The position numbers were made by a program, and so were the translations under genes. The notes under the pieces were generated by a model. The model was given only the letters and a program-made list of their open reading frames with translations. It ran no database searches and had not been told where the DNA came from. Of a stretch of DNA of 64,000 bases, positions 51,246 through 64,000 are shown one piece after another. This DNA is from Yuukianura sp. NJ FZ-2021. Lineage: Eukaryota. The stretch spans positions 2,790,001 through 2,854,000 of the forward strand of contig CM102285.1 in assembly GCA_046563655.1 (NCBI GenBank), written 5' to 3'. Within the stretch, counting starts at the first letter, position 1, and each line of letters begins with the position of its first letter.

Positions 51246-54200
51246 AGGCTTAATTTAATAATTTTTTTTTGTACCAACTTTGTTTATTTTCACAATAATA
51301 TGTTGGAAATTTTTTAACTTTCACGTTGCTGAGTCATAGTTTTGGTTTCGCATTGCTAACGCAACGGAGCCGCGTCAGATGTGCGGTTCAAAAAATTTGA
51401 AAGTTTGAAAGAAAAAAACGTTGTGGTATAACCTGTTAAGAAAAATCAAGTAAAATTTTGATTTAAACAACCTTGCCTTCAAGTGACATTTGCCGAGCGT
51501 AAAATTTCTATTCTAATACCACAAATTTTAACTTTATGAGGGAGTTAAATCGATTGATTTGGTTAGTTGTAAAGACAGTTTAAAGCAGTTTAGTCAGAGT
51601 GGATAGTTAGGTCAGTTGTGTCTGAGATAGGCTAGGTTAGGGTTTAATGGTTGTGAAATGAAAGAGTGGGAGAAAGTAAATGAAAGTCTGAGATTTCCCT
51701 CCAGGCTTGAGCCCAGACTTTTTGTTGAAAGAGGATGAGCCTCCATTAAATATTTCATTTTAATTCAGGATTCAGACAATATGCCCACTTATGACAACGC
51801 TCCACATCCACACTCCCTCTGCTGCCCATATATGTTCTCTCGTTCTCCCGGGAAGTTATGAATTCCTAATTCAAAAAAACCTCCCTTTGCTTCCCAGTTC
51901 TACTGATTTAGAGGCTCCTTAGGACGCACATTTCACTGGAACTTCATGGGCCGGAAATGCTTCACATTTAACTCTAAAGGAAAAGCAAACGTCTCCTTCC
52001 TTCTTTCTTCTGCTCCTCAAATCGCTTATCATTTCCTCACAGCACTACACAACTTTTTAGTTTTTCAAGTTTTCACAAAAACTCATTTTCAAAAAAATAA
52101 TAGTTTCCTTTTCTTTCTGAAATGAAAATATGGTTTTCAAAAGAAGCGGAGCGGAAGAAACAGAAATACGAGAATTAAAATTTACAAAATGTGGAATTTC
52201 TATATTTGGAAGGTTGATGATGTCCATTAAGCATCGAGTTGCAGAATCAGCAAGACTTAGCTAAACATAACTAACCAGATTTAGCCTAAATGTTAGCCTA
52301 ACTAACTTTATGTTAACCTACTTTGGAATTAAAACAAGGAGAGAAGCCATTGTGTTGAAGGGTTCATATGAAAAAGCGTGGCTACACAAAGTTTTTTTTT
52401 AGCATGTCCAAGATATGCGTCTCCATAAGACTAAAACTAGAAAAAACAGTTTCAAAGTGAAATTTTAAAATACTGAAGCTGCCGCTTGGCGCCGTTCTTT
52501 TGAAATTCTCGAAATTTTGAGTTTGAAAATTGAAAGGAAGGGGATTAGAGCGTTGTCTGTGTGTTGAATTTGGAGCTTTTGAGGAAATGTTGTTTAAAAG
52601 TAATCTAAAGTAAATGTTAGTTTTAGAAGAAGGAGAAAGCATTAGCGTCAAAAGGTTTAGGGATTCATAAAGCCTCTTGCTCAACAATAATACAAACCCA
52701 CCAGAACTCAAATTTAAACTTTTACTTTCCCTCCAATTCTTCATTTAAATTCCCAGCCACTTTCACTCATAACTTTACTTTTCAGTTGCCTTTGTTTCTC
52801 TCTCGAGTAGTTACTCCCTCCAAATGGGTTAGGCTGCAGGCCTAACCTTTTCTTTTGGTTGAAAAGGACGACATGGTTTGTACTTTAGTAAAAAAAAGCG
52901 GGAACTGCAAAGAGAAAGCGGAGTGGAATTGCTACTCGTTCTGCCATGTTCGTCTTTATCTAAAACTTTGAAGCACAAAACATAACATAACCCATTTCCT
53001 CCTTTACTTTTCTCTGCTACAAAAGTTTGGAACCCAGGGAACAATTCTCTCTCAGACTTCTCTAATATTTAATACGACCCAAAACTCAACCTGTTTTAAC
53101 TCAACTTTTCAAAAAGAAAAAGTTGAAAAACTTTTCAAAGTTTTTGCTAACCGGCAACAGCTCCTTTTCTACTTATTATACCTTGGGCTTGTATTTTAAA
53201 CTTTAGGTTTATGCGTCTGCAGCCAATTTCAACACATGTCTTGAGAAAGCAAGTTTTTAAAGATTCAAAAAATCGATCTTTTGAATTTTTAAGGATTTTC
53301 AAAATGAAGTTTGAGCTTTTTTGAAAATGGTGCCAAAGGTTGGGGGGTCATACTGATTGCCCTGGTTTCTGGTGACGTCTGGTGGCGGGGATTCTATTGG
53401 GATTTGAATGTAGTTTGTGCTCAAGTTAGGTTACGTTTGTGTTTTGTGCATGAAAAGGGATTTGTAAAGCTTCTTTTTGGAAGTAGAAATGTATTCGATT
53501 ATTCCGTTTCCTATGGAGATGGAGGTTGGTTGATCGTGTCAAAACAGAGCAAGATGTGATCTGAATGTCAATTCAACCCTATTATTCTCCCCTTCTTCTA
53601 CATGTACTGGAACTACCAAAATCTAGCTTTCATGCTTCAAATTCAGCTACATCTTTTACCTCTCATCTCCATCCTTCTATCCACCTCTACATCTTTTCTA
53701 CGTTACAACATTCAAAAAACATTTTCTATCTATGTAAAAAAAAACATTCACAAAACACAAAAACCAAAACCAGTCGCTGCTGTATTATGCTGAAATGGAA
53801 ATCTAACATAGTTTCTTTTTACAGTTTATGAAAAAATGTTTTTTTCATTCGTGTTATCCGAAATTGTGATTTTCATATTTTAAATGAAATTTCTTTTTGG
53901 GGGAGTAAAATTGTGAATGTAAAATGCGATTACAAAGTGAGATAAAAAGTTTGTTGCAACGCGGAAATTCATAACGATGTGAAAAATTCGGCAACTTTAA
54001 AATTGATTTTCTTTTTGATTTGGACTTTTCCGCCTTCGCTGTTTGTGTTTTGGCGGGCAGGGAGGATTCGAATTGAAATTCGTTTTCAGAAAACAAAATC
54101 GTTGACTCATTTTGCTAAAAGGATTTCCAAATCCATTCACCTTTCATCGCAGATGAGAGCCTTTGAGCATGGATTTGGAACAGCCTTTCTACAAAGGCAT

Positions 54201-57200
54201 TAACAACCATCCCGTTTCCTTTGTACATGTGTGGGATCAACACACAACGGCACAAAGTAATTCACAGTTTGTCTCGTTTGGCCCCATTCTGAAAAATCAA
54301 GATAAACACTGGCAGCTAGGCGGCAAAATTTAAATCTCTTACAAGCTCCTCCGCTCAGAAGATTCAAAAGCTTGATTTCTTTAACAAATTCAACTTTTCA
54401 AAACTTAGTATTAGCAAAATCTGCTTTAAAAAGAGTAACAAATCCCGGTTTTGAAAAACTCTAACAAATGACAGTTTTATAACGATAAGTAAGTTTTAGA
54501 AAACTGACGAGTTTTTTTTTCAATTTGAAACAATAAATTTCGTTTAATAAAACAAATTCCGGTTTTGGATAGTATAGCGAGAGAGAATTAAATTTTTTTT
54601 TTCAATTTGGTAACAAATTCCGGTTTTTAGATTTGAAATCTGTGAGGTGGGAATTGATTTGTTTGAATTTTCCGGGGATGTTTGAGCTTCCGTAGCCCAA
54701 CTGTGAAGTTGGCTTCCTCTCTGTGTGCCTCTGAATTTGAATTAGGAGGGAGATTTTGAATTAAAAAGTGGTTGACAGGCAGTTGGGCAGGAGAGTGTCA
54801 GAGTTGGGCAACAAATGGAGGGTGAGTTGGTGGACAGTTAGGAAATATAAATCTGACAAGCAGGAAGACATAAATGATGACTACGCTCGCATATCAAACT
54901 GAGGAAACCATTTCATTTTAGAGCAAGAGGGAGAAGTTGGAACATTCAAAATTATTTAAACTTCCCTCCACTTCTTTGTCTTTTTTGAAAAGGAACAGAA
55001 GATCCTCGTGTTATCACGGTGTCTGACATGCCTTCTTTCCCTGCAGCATTCCTCTGAATCCATTCTTATCTTGGACGAAGATCTTCAAAACGAGATCAAT
55101 TTCCTAAGAGAGATTGCTCTGCTTCATGCCAAATCAACATTAAAAAAGGAATTAACAAGTCAGGAAGCACTTAACTATCCCAAAAATGTCAATTACTGTC
55201 ACAACCTAATTGTTAAAAGTCACTTTCAAATATTTCACTCCGTCTCACATTCACCTAAAAGCGATGACGGGCATAAAAAGTTGTACACAAAAACTGCAAC
55301 TTGGCTTTTAAACATGATTGTTCCGCGAAACTTTGAACTTTCAAACGTTTGTTCAAAAAAGTGATTTCACGCTGATGTGCATAGAATGACATGCATTCAC
55401 AAGAACAAAAACAAAATTGCACATGAAAATTTAGTACATATGTTTAGCAGCTCCGAGCATCATGACATCCATTGCAGAACGTAAAGTTTGAAATACTAAT
55501 TAGTTTCCGAGAAAGGCTGAAATGAAATTTCTAAGTTTTTGCACACAATGTAAAGCGGTAAATTTTGAACGTCAGAATTTTGGTCAACCCAGATTCCCTA
55601 ATGGAGACGTTAAATGGAATTTTCGTGGGTCTTTTTGAAATTTTGGTATTGCCTTAACGTGGTAGTGTGGTTTGAAGTTGTGGTTGAGGCTGAGGAGGCC
55701 ATGTTGAAATGAATTCTGGAGAATAAGAGCGCGAGAGGGGAATAACTTTTGAAAATGGGCTTGTTCCGTACGTTGTGTTCCTGCTAAAAGATTTGGCACA
55801 ATTTTCAAATGAATGCAATTCATTAGGAGACTCATCTCCCCTTGGTTAATGATGGCCGTTCCTATTCAATTACGTATTCATGGCTCGTATGCAGCCACTT
55901 CCCGCGCCTAATTTGAATGAATGCGCCTCCCACGTAACCTAACCACTGAAGCGGTTCTACATGCGCTTTCACTACTTTCAAAATTAAGGTTCAGCGTGTG
56001 TGCAAAAAAAAACTTCTGCGCACACCAATTTAAGCTAAATCTAGCATAGGTTAATGTTAAAAAAAAGATAGAACTTTGAGAGAAAGTTGAAAAGTTATTT
56101 ACTTTGTTATTTTGACTAAAATTTTCGATTTTGTAAAACTCGAATCTTTTTTTCCAAAATTGTGTTAAACAGCTGAAAACTGAACTTTTTGCCTAAATAT
56201 TTGCTGTTTAAAAGTTCTTCTGGAAAGAAACGCTACTTAAATTAAAAACATTTCTGTCTGCCCATCCTTGAACTGATTTGGCATCAAACCTTGTTTTTCA
56301 AATTCCGCTGTTTTCTATTTCACCGAAAAGTTCAAAACTAAGCGGATTTTCGGGCGTTTTGGCTGCTGAAAAAGGCAAAAGCCCAATGAACTGAAGAGAG
56401 AATGGTCCGTGTGCCAAGAGCGGGTTTTTTGAAATTTGAAATCCAACCTACCTTGCCGCCTTTTGTTCTCTGCGTAGTTTGAGACTTTGTGTACCCAGTA
56501 ATTATGGAACATTTAATAATAAGGCTTTCCTTTCTCCTTGGTCTCATAAATTAAAGCGTGAGATGAAGTGTGTTCAGAGAGCGGGGAAACAAGTCTATCA
56601 TGTGTATGCTCATAGGATTTTCATACATGGGCAAACTCTGTCTTCCCAAGTCACAGTCATTTTCTCTCTCCTGCGTTTGACTAAGAGCCACCCCGTGACA
56701 TTGACAGATTGCTCTTCGAATCCATCCATCTGCAACAGCAGACCAAAAAAAGTCACCGCGAAATAGGAATTTAAATTTCCCTCAAATTAGGCCTAATCAC
56801 CCACCCTTAAAAGTGCTTCTGGGAGTATGCACTGCCAAGGGTGACGGCTTTTTCTAAAGTTGGAGACAACTTAAGTAGGTGTTTTACCTGATTCAAATCT
56901 TAGACTCTTTTCAAAATAGTCGTCCGTTGACAAGTTTCAAAAAAACAAAATTTCTAAAAAGTTGACGGTTTGATTCAACACCCGCCTCAAACTTCGAGCA
57001 TGAGTGGCACGGCGATGGAGGTTTCCATTTTTAAAGCTGTATTACTTGGCACCCAATTCATCAATTTCTATTTAGTAAGCTAAAATTTTTGAAAAGTATG
57101 CAAAAAAAGCTTTTCGAGCAGCTGGAAATTTTTTGAACACTTGAACTAACAACAAAGTGACAAAAAGAAACGAAACCTTTATGCGGAAATATAAAAGAAC

Positions 57201-59013
57201 AGAGCAATTCAAATGTTGGCACTGCACAAGTTATTCAAAAAAATTAATGTTGATGGCATTCAGAAAAGTTCAGCTGGACAAACAAGGAATACGTTGAGTC
57301 CATGATTCCAAAAGTTGAAAAAGTTTGAGATTTGAGCGGAGGTCATGAAAGTTTTGATGTCTTTCTGTTTGTATTTTTGGCATTCGAGGAGCGCCCAGTT
57401 TTAGTAGATCTGAATTCAAATGTGGCGCGGAATTCAAAAGTAGAGTCGTATCTATTTCCTTATTTAAATTTGATGGGTCGTCCACAAAATCAAGACGATT
57501 TCTGCCTTTACTGTTATGTTGAGGAAAGTGTCTTTTCTCCATTGTGCTCCTTAGCATAAGCTTCCTTCTCTGGGGAAAGTCATAAACTCAACTCCAGCAA
57601 AACTACAACCACGAAAAGGCCTTAGGTTAGGTTAGCCAACTTTCTTAAAATCTCCCGCGAAAAGTTTGAATCTCGCGCCTTTTTTTATTACCTTAGTTTT
57701 CACAACTGGTTTAAATCTGGATGTTTGAGAACGAGTCACCTTGACTCTCTGGAAATGAGGAAATTAATGTTGTGGTTTGGTTGAAGAGAGTACTTTTTGG
57801 AGGAAGGGAAAACGGAGGGAAAAGTGTGTTTGAAAATTTTGAATTCAGGGAAGTGGAAGGAGGTTTGAAATATCTTATTAACGGTAAGCTGTTTATTTTA
57901 CGTCCCAACTCAAAATTAGAGCATTCCGATGCAAAATACTTTTCACTCTCACAGCACAAACGGAGCCAAACTTTTCCTTTCTCTCTCCGAATTTACGGAC
58001 TTTTGAGGTCTTTCTCTCACTCTCAGTAGACAGAGCTACGTAGCAAATATACCGAAACTTTTCATGAGATATTACTCGATTAAAATCGGTTTTAATCAGC
58101 TGCACAAATGAAAATCTGGAATTGAAAAAAAAATCCAAGTTCTGTCGAGAACGGAACTAAAATTAACTATACTGTTAAATAACGATTTTAATTTATTAGT
58201 GTATTTCGTAGATGAGTAGAAGTGATTATTTAAAGTGATCTAAAATGTTGTTGTAAATAGCATTACAAGATGTTTGATTGTGCAGAGTTTTTTCACATTT
58301 TGAAACGTTGCAGCAATGATACAAATTTTTATTGAGATTTGAGACTGAATTATTCGAGTAATTGAAGTGATTTAAACGAATGTGATTTGCAGACTCTGGT
58401 CTTTTTGCTGGTGGTGGTGAATGGGCTTTTGAGTCTTTGAGACTGGTGACTCGTGATAGTAAAAGCGAGCCTTCCAAGCACCAGTAGCTGTCGTAATATG
58501 CATTTTCCTCTGACGCGTGATGTTCTTCCTTTTCGTCACAAAAGACTTTTACTTTGCTCCTGCCAGGACTCGAACCCAGGAAGCCCACATCCAGCTCCCA
58601 ACCAACTTTCGAGACAACTTTTAAAATGAAAGGGAAAAGGCGTTTGGGTCTTTGGGCACGCGGGAGTTAGGAAATGAAGGGGGAAACTGTGTGTTCTGCT
58701 TTCTCCTTCCTTTGTATCGATTTCATTCCCACAGCTACTCCCTCCAACTACTCTGCATTAACCTAAATTATGACCCAGGCACGACTCTAAACTAGGCTTA
58801 AGAATTACTATCTCCCAAACTACCTCTACAAACGTAACCTTTGGTCCACCGTCCAGAAGCTACAACTTTCAATTTCGCTCAAAATCTCTCCTATGGCCCT
58901 CGTGTGACCTTGTTAAGAAAAATCACCACAATTTTTTAGCGGATTTATTCAAAATTCAATTTTGTCCAAAACCTTTGACCCTATTTCAGTCTCTTTTGGC
59001 TAAAATATGGGTT

Positions 59014-59030
59014 TGACCTTTGACCTAGTT
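59014..59030 (-). promoter_or_regulatory. Perfect DR1 nuclear-receptor element with AACT 5' extension
   Basis: Minus strand reads AACTAGGTCAAAGGTCA. Confidence 0.45.
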
Positions 59031-62000
59031 GGATCTCCTAACTAAAGCGAACTGTATGAATGACTAGGTTAGAGTTAGACATGAGTTGTCGTTTGGATGT
59101 TGTTTGAAAGGGATTTGAGCTGTGGTGTATTGATTTTGTTGTAAAAGATTCTTAGTTTGATTGTGCGAGGAGCCGTGCTTTCGTTGCCAGATTTAGCAGG
59201 GGAAGGCATTCCGGGAATTTTATTATTAAATCTTAGTCTCATTCGAGCATTCCTTTCGGAGGCAGAGCTTTCATTCGCACTTTCACTTAGCTTAGGGTAG
59301 GCTAGACAACTCTCCATTTGCATAAAGCTGAAGGAGAAAGCGGGAGAGTTTGAATTTTGGTGGAACCGGAGAAAGCCCCTTCCAATTCTATTTGTTAATA
59401 AACGAAATCCAATCCTCCACCCAAAGTCTCAAGTCAAAGTGAATGAGAGGGATTTCTGGGCTGCTAAAACCCGGCTTTCACCATTCCAAACTCTAATTTC
59501 CCCAAAACATGTTAAAGTTTCGTGAAAAGGCTCTCTGGAAATGTTAGGGCGGGCAAAAAAGAGCAGAGGCTTTTTGGTTCCTGCTCCATAAGAGCAAGGA
59601 AAGCACATTTTTGAGATTTTGTGTGATGTGTTAGGAGAGGATCGATTGGGAGTGATCGATGTCTTGTTCATAAGATTTTCCCATCCGAATTTGATTTACG
59701 AGCTGTTGTGGATAGTTTCTCACTGTCTTTTCCCGCCTTTTTCCTTTCTTCTCCTCTGTCTTTAGGTTAGGTTGCTCGCCTAACCTTAGCTTTTTTTTGT
59801 GAAGAGAGCCCTTAGTCAAGGGAGCCTTTTTTAATGTAGGTTCTAAGTCTCTGGTCCTGATTACAAATAAGCCCATCTGCCCCTGATTCCTTGATATATT
59901 GCTCTTTTCTTGCCACACGGCTTTTCCTCCTTCTAATTTCGAAGTTTACGTTACGTTAGGTTAGTCTCCTATCTTCCACACAACCAGCTTTCACTAACAT
60001 CACACCCACACTCAATGCAGAATGCGCCAATTCAATTTTTAAAATGGCGGGAATCAAGGTTTGTGAACAAAGAGAACTTTTATACACCAGGTTGTCCATT
60101 AACTGGAAGTTTTAAAATAGCAAATCTGCCTTTCTATGGTAATTGTTTGCATGTAATGTAAATGGGATTGGGGCAGAACTTGTGCAGAAATTTGTTTGAG
60201 GTAAGATTTTTGAAACCCTGAGTTATTGGACAACCTGTTGTAGGAATTACAATTCGGCTGTCGAGGAACCTTGGAGGAAATGTTTTTAAAGAAAGTTCAA
60301 CAGAATTGTAAAATTCACGTACAAATTTTAGCGTCAGAGTGCCATCACACGTGTTAACACCAACCGCCTAAAGTAGAAAATTAGTCACTCCTTGTTTGTT
60401 ATTCTACACAAAAATGTGTGACAAATTTTGAACTTTGGTGTAATAAATTTAAGTTTGCTGCAATAAACTGAGTAATAACTTCTTATTCGTGAACTTGCGC
60501 ATGAGCATATGCCCTTTAGCCTTTTTTGGATCTTACTAAGATGCAAAGATGCATTTTTGCCAGAAGGATATCCATTACTCCTCAATTTGAATCGTTTAGA
60601 AACTGAAATGGTTGCTCATTTGAGCCCTCCTGGCACAAATCACATTAATTTTATGAAACCAATTTTGTGCCCACAGAGTTCTGCCTTAGTTCAACTGACG
60701 ACTATGCTAAAGGTTGCCGTTAGGCTCCGCTTTTCCTTTATAACTCCCTACTAAAATCCAATCTGTTTTCACACATTCCATATTTACGACCAAACCACCA
60801 TAAAACATCCAACATTTTTCTCCAGTTTCTATTGTCCTTTTTTTTACAACCATCTTTCCCAGATATGGCAGCATTTTCAAAAAAGAAAAGAGAAAAAAGT
60901 ATGTTTTTCTACAAAACCATTTCTGGGCATTTTCTTTTCCCGGGAAAAAATAACTAACCATAAGTTTTTTTTTTGCAGAAGGAACTGTAAGTTTTTCTCC
61001 TCGTCTTCCAATTCTATTCAAAAGAAAAAGAATATTTCTTGCCATTACAAAAAAAAAGCTGCAAAACTGAAAAATAATGCTGCAGAAAACTTTTTGCACG
61101 TCACCGCAAAAGTTTTTCTTTGCAAGGTTCGTAAAATTGAGTACAAGAAAAAAAAACTGAACATGTCAATATTTCTCTTTTCATTTTCAAAATTCCATAA
61201 CTTTCTCCATTATCTTACGCCGAACGAAACATCTCCTCCATATTTTCTTTTTAAAAGAGGAGATGTTTGTTCATTTTGTCCAAATAACACAGCCCATTTT
61301 TTGAAAAAACATTGCTTTGCACAGTTCTATGCATGTTTTTGGAGTAAAACTTCCACCTGTACACTTTCGCTTTTCTCTTTCGTGCCCATCTATGTTTCTT
61401 TTTGCGTTTCAAAATGGGACTCAACCGTGTCAAAGGCCAATTTCCAGAATGCTGATTCAAGTAATCAGGGAAATGTGTTTTTAGCAAAGCAAAAGGAAAA
61501 CGCAAAACAAAAAAAAACGCACAGTCTAAAAGTCAATACACGCAACAAACTCATTTGAACTGAGAGAAAGCAAAGTAGCACTTCCGATCTTTCGGTTGAA
61601 TTGTCATACCCCTAGGTTACTTTTTTGTTTTTGGAATTAATTACTCACACAGTCGATACCCAACAGAAGGAACTCGTTACGGTAACATATTCATAAAAGT
61701 CTGACAGGTCGTATCTGACTTGTCAAAATTTTCTACCATCAGATATGCCACCACCACACCAAAAGTTTCCCGCCCAACTGCTGTGCACTGCCCAGTAAAC
61801 CTTACAATTTGTGCAACGGATTTCCCGCCATGAAACACTTTTTAGTGCAGTCCTTTCTTTCAACCGTTTTATGGTCAACCTAAGTTCAAATTTATTTTGG
61901 AAGAAAATTTTTTTGCTTTCTCCAAGTTTTTCTTGTTTTTCTAACTTTCCTGAAACAGTTTCTTTTTTATGAACTCCACTAAGCTCCACCCCTTCCCTTC

Positions 62001-62440
62001 CACTTCACAAGTCACAAATGACACTTTGTGTGGAATTTTGAATTTGACGGGAGAAGAGGAGATTAATTTGGGAAAAACAAAAAGACTTTTCCGCTACTTT
62101 TCCCAAAATTGTATTTTCTGTCCTGCTGTCTGTCGTTTCCGACGAAGAGCGTAGTCATGCTTTGGCATTAATTCCCCCTAAGCTCCCTTTTCCATTTGTT
62201 TTTAATCTCATCATCACTCCTGACACGAGAGATGACTTTTCGGTTGTTACTTCATGACACTTATGAGCCCTCTTTGTGGGGGGATTGTGCGCATTCCCCC
62301 CACCCACTTTTTGTTTTGTGTCACACTTTGTGTGCACTGAAGTACTTTTAGTTTCAATTTATTCTTTTCTGAAATTCAAAATCCACCCAAAAAACAAACG
62401 TTGTGTACTTGTCTATTGTGTTTTTGGAGAAAGTAAATAA

Positions 62441-62474
62441 AAAATTCCATGACCTGAACAGGTCATGGAATTTT
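62441..62474. repeat. Perfect 16-bp inverted repeat with 2-nt spacer
   Basis: AAAATTCCATGACCTG-AA-CAGGTCATGGAATTTT. Confidence 0.9.
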
Positions 62475-64000
62475 GAACAATTTGTGAGCAGCGCCCTCTG
62501 TGCAGGCTTCAAAAGTGGTTGTTTTAACTTTGCCTGACTGAACTTGGCATTTGGTTTAGTTTTAGAATGCATGGAAGTGAAAGTGTAATTTCTGAGAAAG
62601 TGAAAGTGGAGAAATGATGAGGCGAATGACACTAAGCATGTCCATGTTCGTGCTGGTTGTAAAGCAGCGTTTTGGGAGATTCAAAGTTCCCTCGGTTCCC
62701 ATTAACATTTGGAAAGAGAGGGGCCTTAATTACATGGAGAGTGGGGCACTTTAAGGGCTTTTTTGGTGGGTCGAAGCGGAGAGGGAGTTGCCCGTTATGA
62801 AATGGGCAACTTTTTCCGTTTCCCGCCCTCTCTGCATCGACGGCTCAAAAGCGGGAGTCCATTTGAAAGCGGAAGTTAAACGGGGGTCTTTGTAACAAAC
62901 ATTTCAACTTTATTACCCCACACCCTCCTCTACTTACACAACCTAACCTAACTACTAAGTACTAACTTCCATGTAGTACTACATATCGTAGAGTCCTTGA
63001 CTTAAATGGGAGGAGGGAGACTTTGAATCTTCCCTCCACCTCGCAAGTCCTACTTGTCACAGATGACTGAACGCAACGGAACCTCATTCATGTCCAAAAC
63101 ACCGCGAAGGCGAAGAGTCCTTTACCGACCGTGACTTCCTACAGCGACACTCTAACTTTTAACATATTGCCTAACATAGAAAAGTACTAACGCACGTTAG
63201 GCTACTAACCGAACTAACCTAATCTAACTAAAACTTAGCCTAAATGTTGCAAATAATCGAAAACTTAACCTAAATCTTATAATAGTCAAAATATTTCTCA
63301 CTAAAACTGTTGGAGAAAAGAGAAAATGTGAAGGACAGGGTAGTTTTCGAGGTCATTTTTTTAGATTCTGATTACTCTAGTTTCAGTTGTATTTTTGGAC
63401 GTTTAGGTTAGTTAGTTTATGTTTTGAGATGTTAGGGTTGTTGGGTTATGTTTTGAACTGTTGTGCCTCATCATAAATTATAGGTTGGAGTGAAGAAGAA
63501 GCCGTTGCCATGGTTTTGGTGGGTCGTTAGTAGGGGATTGGTTGAGTTTATTATCCACTCTATTCCTGGTGGAACCCTGCTGAACAGAATCCAGGATAAT
63601 TGGATTCACTCTGTCTCAAATGGAAGTTCCTTCATTACTTCCCTTGGACCACGACTTTGATTTCCCAAGTCCATTGTGGCCAAAAACCTAACCTAACCTA
63701 AGGAAGACTCAATATGTGCCAGCAAAACAGAAGAAAACATCCTGGACTTCAAGTCCACTGCTTCAGATTTATTTTGATGAGGCTTAAACCCTCCTCTCGG
63801 ATCACCTCACAAAAAAATTGAACGGTTTGACGGCACAAAAGAACGTCCAATTTATCTTCCTCAAGTCCTCATTTTCTCCAACCTAACGAACTAACCTTAT
63901 AGCCTAACAAGTCAACTTCAAAAAAGAAACAATTTTGAAACAACTCAAACTGTAAACCCAAAAAAGTACAGAGTCATTGCAACAACAACCTTGAAAAACT

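Noticed and set aside
54437..54630. Three AACAAATYCCGGTTTT copies
   Set aside because: Short degenerate local duplication with irregular spacing and no further structure.
1..64000. Autonomous transposon, viral insertion, rRNA/snRNA/tRNA gene or true telomeric array
   Set aside because: No transposase, reverse transcriptase or viral motifs in the ORF track, no recognisable structural RNA, and TTAGG never exceeds three tandem copies.

Overview
AT-rich eukaryotic genomic DNA, most likely from an arthropod (inferred from short GT-AG introns, a DUF1397-like gene and abundant TTAGG words). The window is mostly intronic or intergenic, and almost all ORFs in the six-frame track look like noise. Two + strand spliced genes can be rebuilt by hand. 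Gene 1 is 5'-truncated, with phase-compatible exons <1..25, 3290..3371 and 22742..23676 (3.3-kb and 19.4-kb introns). It encodes an acidic, Ser/Gly-rich, probably disordered protein ending in a basic tract plus RPWLDFEKMQQ, which resembles the FAM53 core motif; its last exon is uncertain (26822..26851 or 30598/30601..30642). Gene 2 is a compact 4-exon gene at 49057..50008 encoding a 244-aa protein with signal peptide, 12 mature Cys and a GPI-like tail (27-kDa haemolymph protein/DUF1397-like). The non-coding DNA is highly structured: dispersed and often convergent TTAGG/CCTAA words, a recurrent 14-mer TGGAGGGAGTAACT, nuclear-receptor element clusters, a promoter-like block inside the large intron, minisatellites, a strong G-quadruplex candidate and a candidate 8-nt microexon. 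I found no rRNA, intact tRNA, CRISPR array, transposase or prokaryotic system, and I cannot claim a confirmed new system from sequence alone.
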